Positions 8,295 through 17,999 of a stretch of DNA of 64,000 bases are shown here, piece by piece. Made by a program: the position numbers and the translations under genes. Numbering within the stretch: position 1 is the first letter of the stretch; the number at the start of each line of letters is the position of its first letter. Source of the DNA: an uncultured Boseongicola sp. (GTDB lineage Bacteria > Actinomycetota > Acidimicrobiia > Spongiisociales > ZC4RG35); contig CAXMMT010000007.1 of NCBI GenBank assembly GCA_964194555.1, positions 1,117-65,116 on the forward strand. The letters are read 5' to 3'. Below the pieces are notes generated by a model. The model worked only from the letters and a program-made list of their open reading frames with translations. It was not told the origin of the DNA and did not search any database.

Positions 8295-9934
8295 TCGGGA
8301 ACCGGAATCGACCCGTCTACCTGGTGCAGTTCCTCGTGTGTCGCCACCAGGTCGTCAAAGTCGGGCGGTTGCTCGACGTCGATCGCGATGAGATGACGGG
8401 TCTTCGGACCATCGCCTCGGTCGAAAGAGCGAGCATGCGCGATCAGGGCTGCTGCTGTGTCATCTATCCGGGTGTGCTGTGCCAGATGCTTTTCCCAGCT
8501 CTCCACGGCGAAGAGTTCGGTCAGGCGTGTGGGGTCCGACGTGTTTCGGAACAGACGCCACCGATAAGCCCCAGTGCTCAAGCGCACCAGGCGGATCTCG
8601 TTCATGATGTCGGCAAAGGCAGCAAACTCCGCCTCGTTGATCGTCCATGTGTTGAGGACGATCACCGGTCCTCCTTCGAGTGTGATCTCGGTGTGTGGCT
8701 GAACAACGCGTTCGGGGGTGAACTCCGGCGTTTCGATGTCATCGATTCGGGGTACCCCGAATCGGGGGCTAATCAGACCTATGACCAATGCTCCGGAACT
8801 GAAAACCACCAGCGACCCGCTGGTACCGATCTGGTCGGCGACCATTCCGGAGAGAATCGAGCCCAGGGGGAGGATCCCGGCAAATGCGAGCGTGTAAAGC
8901 GACATCGCCCTACCCCTGATCCACTCCGGCGCCATCAGTTGGGCACTGGCGTTGAGTGTGGAGAGAGTCAGCAGCCAAAAGAATCCGACGAGAATCATCG
9001 CTACGCCTGCGATCACGAGATTGGGCGCGAGACCGAGCATGATTCCCGATGCTCCGAATAGCGTGATCGTGTAGGGGACCAGATTTCCCTCGAGGCGCCT
9101 CAGGATCTTGGGTCGGAGGAAGGCGCCGGCGAGCGCGCCGACTCCCATTGCCCCGAGCAGGATGCCAAACATGGCGGCGCTTCCCCCGAGATAGTCGGTG
9201 TGCACCGGCAGAGTGGCCTGGACCACGGCGGAAGTCAGAGCAAAGAGCGCAACCAGGGCAAGCAGGTTGCGAAAGGCAGGGGTGAAGCGGGCGAAGCGGA
9301 TTCCGAGGGTTATCGCCGACCCCATGGAAGCCGTTTCGCGTTCTCGAACGGCGAGTTGGGGTCCGATTATCAGCAGGACCACGATTACCGCGATGTAGGT
9401 GAGGGAGTTGATCGCGAAACCCGCCTCGGGTCCGAAGGCGACGATGATCACTCCACCCACCGCCGGACCGACTGCGCGAGCAGCGTTGAAGGCAGCCGAC
9501 TGGAGCGCCACCGCTGATGCCACCATCCCGCGTGGAACCAGATCTGGAACAAGGGCCTGCCATGCCGGGATGTTGAGTGCCAGCCCGGCTCCGAGTACAA
9601 GTCCGAGGCCAAGTAGCAGAGGGGGGTTGATCAGGTCCATGTAAGTGAGAACCGCCATGGCCACCGCTGATCCTCCCATGATCCCTTGCGCGATCAGCAT
9701 CAGCTTGGTCCGGTCGAAAATGTCCGCCAGAGCACCTGCAGTGAGAGATAGAAAGAAGAGAGGAAGAAGGGAAGACGCCACCATCCAGCCAACCCACGTG
9801 CTCGATCCGGTCAACTCGAACATCAGCCATGAGGCCGCAACGGCCTGGATGAAGGTGCCCGAGGCCGAGAAGACGGTTGCTCCCCACAACGAGCGGAAGT
9901 GGGGGTACTTGAGGGGCGCAACTGCCGACGTCAT
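8282..9934 (-). CDS. MFS transporter with an extra ~150-aa cytoplasmic C-terminal domain
   Basis: 550 aa. About 12 TM N-terminal body (MFS_3/EntS-like beginning FRSLWGATVFSASGTFIQAVAASWLMF). The soluble tail reads VIVLNTWTINEAEFAAFADIMNEI...ESWEKHLAQH, resembling a dimeric alpha-beta barrel/ABM-like fold. Confidence 0.8.
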   Translation of the reverse strand: MTSAVAPLKYPHFRSLWGATVFSASGTFIQAVAASWLMFELTGSSTWVGWMVASSLLPLFFLSLTAGALADIFDRTKLMLIAQGIMGGSAVAMAVLTYMDLINPPLLLGLGLVLGAGLALNIPAWQALVPDLVPRGMVASAVALQSAAFNAARAVGPAVGGVIIVAFGPEAGFAINSLTYIAVIVVLLIIGPQLAVRERETASMGSAITLGIRFARFTPAFRNLLALVALFALTSAVVQATLPVHTDYLGGSAAMFGILLGAMGVGALAGAFLRPKILRRLEGNLVPYTITLFGASGIMLGLAPNLVIAGVAMILVGFFWLLTLSTLNASAQLMAPEWIRGRAMSLYTLAFAGILPLGSILSGMVADQIGTSGSLVVFSSGALVIGLISPRFGVPRIDDIETPEFTPERVVQPHTEITLEGGPVIVLNTWTINEAEFAAFADIMNEIRLVRLSTGAYRWRLFRNTSDPTRLTELFAVESWEKHLAQHTRIDDTAAALIAHARSFDRGDGPKTRHLIAIDVEQPPDFDDLVATHEELHQVDGSIPVPDQDV

Positions 9935-9968
9935 GCCCGCAGCGTAGATGTCGGTCTAGGTTTGGCCT

Positions 9969-10625
9969 GTGGTCCGCGATCTCGCCTACTTCGTCCAGGA
10001 TGACGCCGGCCCCGGACCGGGGGTGTTGATACTTCATTCCTTTTGGGGGCTGACCTCTTCGGTGAAGAATCTGGCCGATGGTCTCGCCGACAGGGGTTAT
10101 ACGGTTCTGGCCCCGGATATCAACTTCGGTGAGCTGCCCGAGTCGGAGCAAGACGCCCTCAACCACCTCGGGGACGCCAGTCCCGACCGTCTCGCCTCGC
10201 TGGTCATCTCCTCGGCCAGGTTGCTTCATGAGAGATCGACTGAGGGTCAGATCGGAATCGTCGGATTCGGGATGGGCGGGTCGCTCGGTTTGTGGGCTTC
10301 GGTCCGTCTCGCGGATCTTGTCGGCGCCGCAGTTTCGTTCTACGGAACCCAGCAAATTGATTTCGCCGGCTCCAAATCGTCCTATCTCATCCATCTGGCG
10401 GAAGAGGACGAGTTCATCACTCACGACGAAGTCGCCTTCATGGAGGCGACCATGGGTCTCGAGTCATTGCCAGTCGACGTGGTGCGTTACCCGGGAACGA
10501 AGCACGGCTTTTGTGAGCCTGATGGTGACACTTTCCACCCGGACGCCTTCGAGGGCGCTTGGACTACGACACTCGCTTTTTTCGCTGCCCAGCTCTTCCG
10601 GATCGAAATGGGAGACCGGCGATAG
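9969..10625 (+). CDS. Dienelactone hydrolase family protein
   Basis: 218 aa. GVLILHSFWGLTSSVKNLADGLADRGYTVLAPD, nucleophile block VGFGMGG and C-terminal YPGTKHGF. Confidence 0.8.
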   Translation: MVRDLAYFVQDDAGPGPGVLILHSFWGLTSSVKNLADGLADRGYTVLAPDINFGELPESEQDALNHLGDASPDRLASLVISSARLLHERSTEGQIGIVGFGMGGSLGLWASVRLADLVGAAVSFYGTQQIDFAGSKSSYLIHLAEEDEFITHDEVAFMEATMGLESLPVDVVRYPGTKHGFCEPDGDTFHPDAFEGAWTTTLAFFAAQLFRIEMGDRR

Positions 10626-10641
10626 GCTCGCATCAGTGGCC

Positions 10642-11409
10642 GTGTCAAGATTGAGGTATGGGCAACTGCGTGTTGTCTCCGCAGTGGCGGTCATCGGGTT
10701 TCTACTCGCCTCTTGTGGCGGTTCCTCAGATGCTTCGGATGAGATTCGTATTTCGGCGGCATCCTCGTTGAGTCACGCGTTCGCTGCCCTGGAGTCGGCT
10801 TTTGAGGCTTTGAACCCGGGTGTTGACGTGGTTTTGAATCTTGGTGCTAGTTCGCTGCTGCGTGAGCAGATTCTGGAGGGCGCTCCGGTTGATGTGTATG
10901 CATCGGCAAGCGCGGACACGATGGCTCCCATCATCGATGGGGGTTTCTCCGACGGAAGTCCAATCATGTTTGCCCATGGGTCTCTGGCGATTGCCGTCCC
11001 GGCCGGCAATCCGGCTCGCGTGGCCGGACTTGACGACTTCGGCAACGAGGAGCTTCTCATCGGACTGTGCGACGTCGTTGTCCCCTGTGGGGCGTATGCG
11101 CATCAGGTTATGTCAAGGGCCGGGGTGGAACCGGCGATCGACACCAACGAACCCAACGTCCGGTCTCTGCTGACCAAGATCGAGGCAGGTGAGTTGGATG
11201 CGGGGATCGTGTACATGACGGATGTGAGGTCGGCGAGCGGAGGGGTGGAGGGAATCGAAATCCCGGACGCGGTCAATGTGGCGGCTGACTATCCGATTGC
11301 TGTGATAGTGGAGGGGCCCAACACAGTAGGAGGAAGGGCTTTTGTTGACTTTGTCATGTCCGGGGTCGGTCAGGAGATCCTCGCTGGATTCGGGTTCGTG
11401 ACACCGTGA
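10642..11409 (+). CDS. modA: Molybdate ABC transporter substrate-binding lipoprotein
   Basis: GTG at 10642 gives a signal peptide with lipobox (VAVIGFLLASCGG). It continues IRISAASSLSHAFAALESAFEALNPGVDVVLNLGASSLLREQILEGAPVDVYASA, typical of ModA. The longer tracked ORF upstream overlaps the DLH gene. Confidence 0.88.
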   Translation: MSRLRYGQLRVVSAVAVIGFLLASCGGSSDASDEIRISAASSLSHAFAALESAFEALNPGVDVVLNLGASSLLREQILEGAPVDVYASASADTMAPIIDGGFSDGSPIMFAHGSLAIAVPAGNPARVAGLDDFGNEELLIGLCDVVVPCGAYAHQVMSRAGVEPAIDTNEPNVRSLLTKIEAGELDAGIVYMTDVRSASGGVEGIEIPDAVNVAADYPIAVIVEGPNTVGGRAFVDFVMSGVGQEILAGFGFVTP

Positions 11410-12212
11410 GCCGCGAGAAAGCCAGACACGGGCAGTCGAGACCCCCGATCGCTTTCGTGGTGCTCGCCGCCATAGCGGTGGTGTTCTTCTTGCTTCCTCT
11501 GATCGGTCTGCTCGCCCGTACACCGTGGAGTGATCTGGTCAGTCTCCTTGCAAGCGAGGTGGTGGCGGATGCACTCGTGTTGTCGGCTATTGCATCGTTC
11601 GCGGCCGTGACCATATCCACGGTCGTTGGAGTGCCTTTGGCCTGGGTGCTGGCGCGAGTCGACTTCAGAGGACGCGCCCTCGTTCGTGGGTTGGTCTTGT
11701 TTCCCCTGGTGCTGCCACCAGTCGTCGGTGGTGCTGCGCTGTTGTTCGCTCTGGGGAGACGAGGGGTGGTGGGTGAGCCGCTATATGAGGCGACAGGACT
11801 CGTCCTTCCCTTCTCTATTTGGGGTGTGGTGATTGCCGTGACCTTCGTGTCGATGCCCTTTCTCATCTTGACGGTGGAGGGCGCTTTGCGAAATGTGGAT
11901 GTCCGTTTCGAGGGTGCGGCAGCATCTTTGGGAGCCGGAGGTTGGACAGTCTTTCGCCGGGTCACCCTCCCTATGATCGGTCCCTCGCTAGCAGCCGGAA
12001 TGGTCTTGACGTGGGCGCGCGCCATAGGTGAGTTCGGCGCCACGGTGACATTCGCCGGGAACCTGGCTGGAGAGACCCAGACTCTCCCTCTCGCCGTGTT
12101 CGTTGCCCTCGAGACCAACCGGGATACCGCCACCGCCCTGAGTCTGCTGATGGTGGCGATATCGCTCGCGGTTCTCGTGCTCCTCCGTGACAGATGGCTG
12201 AGGCCCCGGTGA
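11406..12212 (+). CDS. modB: Molybdate ABC transporter permease
   Basis: 268 aa, multi-TM. It has a 4-nt overlap with modA and an EAA-like loop (AASLGAGGWTVFRRVTLPM). Confidence 0.88.
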   Translation: MSREKARHGQSRPPIAFVVLAAIAVVFFLLPLIGLLARTPWSDLVSLLASEVVADALVLSAIASFAAVTISTVVGVPLAWVLARVDFRGRALVRGLVLFPLVLPPVVGGAALLFALGRRGVVGEPLYEATGLVLPFSIWGVVIAVTFVSMPFLILTVEGALRNVDVRFEGAAASLGAGGWTVFRRVTLPMIGPSLAAGMVLTWARAIGEFGATVTFAGNLAGETQTLPLAVFVALETNRDTATALSLLMVAISLAVLVLLRDRWLRPR

Positions 12213-13264
12213 CCCTGAACGCCAGAATCATTGTCAAGAGGGGCGACGAGTTCACCCTTGAAATGTCGATTCGTGTCGAGTCCGGGAAGACCGCTGCGCT
12301 GCTCGGTCCTAATGGCGCGGGCAAGTCGACCGCCGTAGCGGCTCTGGCCGGTTTGCTCCCGATCGATCAGGGTCGAATTGTGCTCGGAGACGAGGTTCTC
12401 GATGACCCCGATGCAGGAGTGTTTGTCCCCCCGGATGAGAGGGGGATCGGCGTCGTTTTCCAGGATTATTTGTTGTTCGGGCATTTGACCGTCGCTGAGA
12501 ACGTCGCCTTCGGGCTCAGGAGCAAGAAGAAGGAGCGTGATGCGGTCGAGGCCAAGACGTCAGCCTGGATGGAACGGCTCGGTCTCTCTCAGCTCTCCAA
12601 CAGCAAGGCGAGAGATCTCTCCGGTGGTCAGGCACAGAAGGTGGCGGTCGCCAGGGCATTGATCACCGACCCGGGACTGCTCCTTCTGGACGAGCCCATG
12701 GCCGCCCTCGATGCGACAACGCGGGTCGAGGTCAGACGCGACCTGGCCGATCATCTATCCGAGTTCGCCGGTCCCCGACTCCTGATCACACACGACCCGA
12801 CTGAGGCGTTCCTCCTTGCCGACGAAATCCACGTCATCGAGGACGGACGTATCACCCAGGTGGGAAGCGCCGAGGACGTACGCCTGCGACCTAGGACCCG
12901 TTACGTGGCTGACCTGGCTGGTTCCAACCTGTTGACCGGCACCGCATCGTCCGGCGCTGTCACCGTCGGCACGCACGTCCTTCAGGTGGGGGACACCGCT
13001 ATTGCAGGGTCGGTGCTCGCCACGATTCACCCTCGGGCAATCTCGGTTCATCGCCAACACCCGGAAGGAAGCCCCCGCAACGTCTGGAAGACCACGGTCG
13101 TTCGGATCGAGCACTTTGGTGACAGGGTCCGGCTGCAGACAGGCGACCCTTTGCCGCTGGCTGTCGAAGTTACGCCGGCGGCCGTCGATGCTCTCGGGCT
13201 GAAGGGCGAGAGCGAAATCTGGCTCTCGGTGAAGGCGACGGAGATCGGTGTCGAGCCCGGCTGA
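12194..13264 (+). CDS. modC: Molybdate ABC transporter ATP-binding protein with C-terminal TOBE-like domain
   Basis: Walker A GPNGAGKST, signature LSGGQAQKVAVARAL, Walker B LLLLDEP and a ~120-aa C-terminal extension. Confidence 0.88.
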   Translation: MAEAPVTLNARIIVKRGDEFTLEMSIRVESGKTAALLGPNGAGKSTAVAALAGLLPIDQGRIVLGDEVLDDPDAGVFVPPDERGIGVVFQDYLLFGHLTVAENVAFGLRSKKKERDAVEAKTSAWMERLGLSQLSNSKARDLSGGQAQKVAVARALITDPGLLLLDEPMAALDATTRVEVRRDLADHLSEFAGPRLLITHDPTEAFLLADEIHVIEDGRITQVGSAEDVRLRPRTRYVADLAGSNLLTGTASSGAVTVGTHVLQVGDTAIAGSVLATIHPRAISVHRQHPEGSPRNVWKTTVVRIEHFGDRVRLQTGDPLPLAVEVTPAAVDALGLKGESEIWLSVKATEIGVEPG

Positions 13265-13278
13265 TCCGCGGTGAAGAC

Positions 13279-13328
13279 GAACCTGAGGTAGTTAGGCCCG
13301 GATACGGGGGCCTAACTACCTCAGGTTC
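13279..13328. terminator. Perfect 21-bp stem / 8-nt loop hairpin between convergent modC and the 13342 gene
   Basis: GAACCTGAGGTAGTTAGGCCC (13279-13299), loop GGATACGG, then GGGCCTAACTACCTCAGGTTC (13308-13328). There is no U-tract, which is common in high-GC actinobacterial terminators. Confidence 0.6.
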
Positions 13329-13341
13329 ACAAAGGAGGGCC

Positions 13342-13851
13342 TCAGCCCTCGCTCATCTCGGCGAGGTCGGCTTCGAGCGTCTCCCTCTCTTCGGTGTCTT
13401 CGATTTCTGGGAGAGCGGCCTTTGCCAGATCCAAATGCTCGGTGAAGGTCTCCACATCGTCGACGTCGGCCGCGGCTCGTGCAATCGCCTCATGGGCGAA
13501 ACCGGTCACGAATGGCCCGAGGTCGTGCTCCTTTGCGAGTTCGAGCGATCGGGCGCCAAACCGTCGGGAAAGGTCGGCGTAGCCGAGCACGGCGGCCACC
13601 CTCGACACTTGCCAGTCGGCGACTGCCCAGTTCCTCGGCTCACCGACTTTGTACCAGTGATGACGCTGCGCGAATGTGGACGCAAGCATCTCCTCTTCCT
13701 GCTCGCGGGTCAGCTCGGTCTCGTCGAGCAGGGTCCACGTGTGGTTGAACGCCCTTGGTGCGAATGTGCGATGCCACCGGGCTACCTCTTCGGCGTTCGG
13801 GTTGTCGACGGGATTGGTCACTTGCCTGCCTCCGTTGGTGTCGGAAACCAT
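13342..13851 (-). CDS. Hypothetical protein (acidic, soluble)
   Basis: 169-aa ORF with coding-like composition. An alternative GTG at 13821 would form a GTGA overlap with the upstream aminotransferase stop. No family recognised. Confidence 0.55.
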   Translation of the reverse strand: MVSDTNGGRQVTNPVDNPNAEEVARWHRTFAPRAFNHTWTLLDETELTREQEEEMLASTFAQRHHWYKVGEPRNWAVADWQVSRVAAVLGYADLSRRFGARSLELAKEHDLGPFVTGFAHEAIARAAADVDDVETFTEHLDLAKAALPEIEDTEERETLEADLAEMSEG

Positions 13852-15500
13852 CTGAGATCTTCTGCTTCGGTGGAGAGAGTCTGTTCGATCCCGTCATCGA
13901 GTGGCGCCTCGCTCAGGATCCTCTTTGCTTCTTCGATGTAGTCGTCCAGGGCGTCCAACGACACGGTCTTCGGTGCGGGCTGGGAGCCGGTGAAGTCGGC
14001 GTCCCACAAGCTCGCCGGGGGTTTGGGCAGTCCGTCGCGGTGTCTCCAAACACCCGTTTCCGTTTCGTATGTGTAGAGGGGGAGAAGCCGCCAGCCATCG
14101 GAGGCAATCATGTGGACTGCGTCAACGATGTATTCGAACTCGGCATCCGAGATGAAATAGTTGAAGTTCAGTCGTACCCATCCCGGTTTGAGAACCTCGC
14201 AGCCAGTGGCGATGACATCCTCGAAGCGACTGCTGGTTTCGAGGTCGATCCCGAGGAGACGGTGGCCGTAAGGCCCGGCACATGAGCACCCGCCGCGCGC
14301 CTGGATACCGAAAAGGTCATTGAGCAGGGCGACGACATAGTTGTGATGGAGTACTTTGTCCTCGGTCCTGATCACAAAGCTGACGATGGACAGCCGCTCG
14401 GCTTCGTGGTTGCCCAGAATATCGATACTGGGGTTGGTACCCCACGATCTGATGGCGCGCCGGATGAAGTCGTGTTCGAGCTCGCGGATGCGATCGGGGC
14501 CTACCTCGCTCTTCAGCTTGAAGACGAGTCCGGCTCGGATCGAGCCGATGATCGCAGGAGTGCCGGCCTCCTCCCGATGCTCCTGGTCGGCGATATAGGT
14601 GTGGTGGTCCGGGGACACGTATTGGACGATTCCTCCCCCCGGCACTGCGGGAACCTTGTTGGTGAGCAGGTCGCGGCGAGCAACCAGCAGACCCGGAGAC
14701 CCGGGTCCGCCGATGAGCTTGTGCGGCGAGATGAAGATGGCGTCCTTGTAATCCCCGTCATCCAACTCGGCGGATCCCATGTAGATCCGGACATAGGGTG
14801 CCGAAGCGGCGAAGTCCCAGAAGCTGAGGGCGTCGTGTGCATGAAGAATCCGTGAGATGGCGGCGGTGTCGGAGATGATCCCTGTCACATTGGAAGCGGC
14901 TGAGAACGAGCCGATCTTCAGCGGCCTTTGGGCGTATTCGACAAGACGTTCTTCGAGTTCGCCCAAATCGATCTGACCGTCGGAGTCCTCGTTGATCTCG
15001 ACGACGTCGGCAATCGACTCCCGCCAGGGAAGCTCGTTGGAGTGGTGCTCGTAAGGCCCGACAAACACGACCGGTCGACGGTTGTCGGGGATGGCGTCAC
15101 CAAGGTGGTATTCCTTGTCGAGCGAGTCGGGAATTCGCAGTCCGAGGATCCCAATCAGCCGATCAACGGCCCCGGTGGCTCCGTTCCCGGCAAAGATCAC
15201 GGCATGCTCGTCGTTGTTGGCGCCGATGCACTGTTTGATGATGTCGCGGGCGTCCTCGCGGAACCGTGTGGTTTGGAGCCCGGTCCCAGAAGTTTCGGTG
15301 TGGGTGTTGGCATACATGGGAAGGACCTGATTCCTGATGTAGTCCTCGATGAAGGACAGGGACCGGCCCGACGCCGTGTAGTCGGCATAAGTGACCCGAC
15401 GCAGGCCGAAGGGAGTCTCCACGGCGGTGTCCTTGCCGATTACCGAATCGTGGATTGTCTTGACGAGGTCCACCCTGAGGGGCCGCCTTCCTAAGGTCAC
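13818..15500 (-). CDS. Aminotransferase class V-fold PLP-dependent enzyme (cysteine-desulfurase-like, long form)
   Basis: 560 aa. YADYTASGRSLSFIEDYIRNQVLPMYANTHTETSGTG..., followed by a class V fold-like body. Confidence 0.8.
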   Translation of the reverse strand: MTLGRRPLRVDLVKTIHDSVIGKDTAVETPFGLRRVTYADYTASGRSLSFIEDYIRNQVLPMYANTHTETSGTGLQTTRFREDARDIIKQCIGANNDEHAVIFAGNGATGAVDRLIGILGLRIPDSLDKEYHLGDAIPDNRRPVVFVGPYEHHSNELPWRESIADVVEINEDSDGQIDLGELEERLVEYAQRPLKIGSFSAASNVTGIISDTAAISRILHAHDALSFWDFAASAPYVRIYMGSAELDDGDYKDAIFISPHKLIGGPGSPGLLVARRDLLTNKVPAVPGGGIVQYVSPDHHTYIADQEHREEAGTPAIIGSIRAGLVFKLKSEVGPDRIRELEHDFIRRAIRSWGTNPSIDILGNHEAERLSIVSFVIRTEDKVLHHNYVVALLNDLFGIQARGGCSCAGPYGHRLLGIDLETSSRFEDVIATGCEVLKPGWVRLNFNYFISDAEFEYIVDAVHMIASDGWRLLPLYTYETETGVWRHRDGLPKPPASLWDADFTGSQPAPKTVSLDALDDYIEEAKRILSEAPLDDGIEQTLSTEAEDLRWFPTPTEAGK

Positions 15501-15534
15501 ATGCCGTACATGTACAGCACAACCTTAGGTTCGC

Positions 15535-16536
15535 ATGGCTGATCACACCACCGTGATCCTCGATGGCGAGGAGGTGCGCATCAGCAGTCCGGGGAGGGTT
15601 GTGTTCCCCGTGCAGGGTTGGACGAAGCTCGATGTGGTCGAGCACTTCGTTCGTGTAGCCGGGGGTGCCGTTCGTGGGATCAAAGGTCGGCCGACGATGC
15701 TCAAGCGGTATATGGAGGACGTGACGGTCGATCCGATCTATCACAAGCGTGCGTCGAAGAACACCCCCTTCGAGACTGTCGATATCAGGTTTCCCTCACA
15801 GCGACCCGGGCGGATGAACGTTCCCCGCACCGGGGCCGACGTGGTTCGACTGGCCCAACTCGGCTGTCTCGATTTTCACCCATGGCCTGTCAGAGCCGAG
15901 GATATCGACCATCCCGACGAACTCCGACTCGACTTTGATCCCACGCCGGGGATCACCTTCACCCAGGTCAAGCAGGCTGCCGCCGGAGCAAACGAGCTTC
16001 TTGGCGAGGTCGGATTGGTCGGCTGGCCGAAGACATCGGGGAGTCGTGGGATGCACGTGTACATGCGTATCGAGCCCATCTGGGATTTCTTCCAAACACG
16101 GAGAGCGGTGCTTGCTTTTGCCCGCGAGTTGGAGCGGCGGATGGAGGGCCTGGTCACCACCAAGTGGTGGAAAGAGGAGCGAGAGGGTGTGTTCGTGGAC
16201 TACAACCAGAACGCCCGCGACAAGACGATGTCCTCGGCGTATGGGGTGCGGCCCACCGGCTTTGTGTCGACTCCGATCACCTGGGATGAGTTGGACGATG
16301 TCGCAATCGAGGACTTCCCGCTCGGTGGTTTTGTCGATCGCTGGGATTCGGTCGGTGACCTCACCGCCGGCATTGACGATTCACATGGACAGATAGGCAC
16401 CCTGATGGAGTGGGTGATTCGTGATGAGGAGAACGGCATCGGTGACGCCCCCTGGCCTCCCCACTACCCCAAGATGCCAGGCGAGCCACCTCGGGTCCAG
16501 CCTTCGAAGCAACGACGACCAGACGACGAGTACTAG
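15535..16536 (+). CDS. AEP primase-polymerase (LigD polymerase-domain / Prim-Pol type)
   Basis: 333 aa. ...RISSPGRVVFPVQGWTKLDVVEHFVRVAGGAVRGIKGRPTMLKRY..., LDFHPW, DELRLDFDP and KTSGSRGMHVY are the catalytic blocks of LigD PolDom. Confidence 0.85.
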   Translation: MADHTTVILDGEEVRISSPGRVVFPVQGWTKLDVVEHFVRVAGGAVRGIKGRPTMLKRYMEDVTVDPIYHKRASKNTPFETVDIRFPSQRPGRMNVPRTGADVVRLAQLGCLDFHPWPVRAEDIDHPDELRLDFDPTPGITFTQVKQAAAGANELLGEVGLVGWPKTSGSRGMHVYMRIEPIWDFFQTRRAVLAFARELERRMEGLVTTKWWKEEREGVFVDYNQNARDKTMSSAYGVRPTGFVSTPITWDELDDVAIEDFPLGGFVDRWDSVGDLTAGIDDSHGQIGTLMEWVIRDEENGIGDAPWPPHYPKMPGEPPRVQPSKQRRPDDEY

Positions 16537-16557
16537 TGCTACACCTATGGAGACGAG

Positions 16558-17109
16558 TCAGACCCTCGAAGGCGACTCCGTCCGATTCGTTGTGATCCCA
16601 CTCGACTCGAGGCTGGCGCCGACACTCATGGCTGCGGCCAGCAACACGAGGTTCTTGAGTATGAACTCCCCTTCCACGGTCAAGTTGAAGGGGTTTCCGC
16701 TGTAGAAAGCAACGTCGGGCAGGATCACAAACACCAAGAAAGTTCCGATCATCTGAAAGACAAGGACCAGAAGCACCAGCCGAAGTGCTCGCCCTAGTGC
16801 CAGGCCAACGCCGACCAGAACCTCGATCACACCGAGAGCGGGAACAAACCAGTCCGAGTCGACCCAGTAGACGGTGGAGGCGACCAGTTCGACCACCGGC
16901 GAGGAACCCACGATCTTGAGTGCTCCGAACCAAATGAACACGACCGCGAGTGACACCCGCAACGCCGGTGTCGACCAGCGTCGAAGGAAGGGGAGGAGAA
17001 CCTTGTCGATCCGGGCGATGAGCGCTCTCACACTCTGATCTTGCTTGAGTTTAGGGAGCAACCAGAAGTCGACTCGAAGCACGACGTGGTCTCCGTAGGC
17101 TGAGCGCAT
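16558..17109 (-). CDS. Small integral membrane protein, DUF417/YkgB(RclC)-like
   Basis: LRVSLAVVFIWFGALKIVG..., four hydrophobic spans. The start is uncertain: ATG at 17109 and GTG at 17031 are both possible. The tracked start at 17148 overlaps the divergent gene. Confidence 0.5.
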   Translation of the reverse strand: MRSAYGDHVVLRVDFWLLPKLKQDQSVRALIARIDKVLLPFLRRWSTPALRVSLAVVFIWFGALKIVGSSPVVELVASTVYWVDSDWFVPALGVIEVLVGVGLALGRALRLVLLVLVFQMIGTFLVFVILPDVAFYSGNPFNLTVEGEFILKNLVLLAAAMSVGASLESSGITTNRTESPSRV

Positions 17110-17989
17110 GGACCTCGATCGCACGACTCTGCAGAAGAACATCAACAAGCTCTATCGGCGCGAGCACGATGATCTCGGCAACTCAGAGACCTATCGGATG
17201 CTCGATGAAGCTCGTCGTTGGGACTTGAGTGCAACCTTGGCCAGCGGGGGTGTCGTTGGCTTCGCTCACGTGAATGTCGCCGACTGTGGAGTCCATGTAG
17301 CGGCGGCCGTCAACGCATGCCTCGACACCGATGCCGATACGGTGCTCGCCATCAGTGTGCTGCATGCCTTCACCGAAGAAATGGAGTTCGCACGCAGGGA
17401 CGTCGCCGAAGGAGGCTCCTCGTCGGAGCATGCCACATGGGGTATCCAGGGACCGGGTCTCGACTTCCGCGACCAGTGGCGAGGGGACCACGCCATGCGC
17501 AGTCTGCGTCACTTCTGGGCCGCTGAGACCAAGCGTCGTGGCATCACCGACCGCAGAGTCGTCGAGCGCTATCCCTACCTTGCCGGCGGTAAGCCAGGTG
17601 ACCTTCCCAACGTAGACGAGGTGGTTCGGATCGCTGAGAACGCGGTAATCGTGACCACCGGGGATCAGTTTCACCACGGCATCGGGTACGGCACACCGCG
17701 AGCTAGCGCCCTCGAGGTTGAGCCGGATGGTTTGCTTGCCGCTCGCAGCAGCATGGAAGCGGGGATGAGGCTGATCGAAGTTGGTGACTATTGGGGATAC
17801 AACCAACACTGCGTTTCCGCGAAGAGCGATGATCGCGACGTCGCTCAACTGTTTCGCTATCTGAGAGGGCCGTTGCGTGGGACGCTGCTCGATATCGGTC
17901 TGTCGGACTCGACCGAGCTTTACGACACCCCGTCCCCAACCTGGGCCGCCGGCGGCTTCATGAAGTTCGAGAAGGTTGCCCGAACGTGA
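17108..17989 (+). CDS. Hypothetical protein
   Basis: 293-aa ORF with good coding character. A weak resemblance to the Memo/LigB-type fold (GVVGFAHVNVADCG...TVLAISVLHAF...GDQFHHGIGYG) is a guess only. Confidence 0.55.
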   Translation: MDLDRTTLQKNINKLYRREHDDLGNSETYRMLDEARRWDLSATLASGGVVGFAHVNVADCGVHVAAAVNACLDTDADTVLAISVLHAFTEEMEFARRDVAEGGSSSEHATWGIQGPGLDFRDQWRGDHAMRSLRHFWAAETKRRGITDRRVVERYPYLAGGKPGDLPNVDEVVRIAENAVIVTTGDQFHHGIGYGTPRASALEVEPDGLLAARSSMEAGMRLIEVGDYWGYNQHCVSAKSDDRDVAQLFRYLRGPLRGTLLDIGLSDSTELYDTPSPTWAAGGFMKFEKVART

Positions 17990-17999
17990 TCTAGTGATG

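Noticed and set aside
8910-10424. 504-aa minus-strand ORF. Similar long ORFs include 7790..9061(+), 11354..12484(-), 42230..43456(-) and 36096..37040(-).
   Set aside because: They lie antisense or out of frame to genes with clear family motifs (MFS, modB/C, hutU). Their Arg/Pro/Gly/Ser-rich composition is typical of shadow ORFs in high-GC DNA.
17107-17110. Divergent genes 16558..(-) and 17108..(+) appear to share a CATG, so their start codons overlap.
   Set aside because: This is most likely a start-codon assignment problem. An internal GTG at 17031 or an ATG at 17198 is plausible, so it is probably not a real biological overlap.
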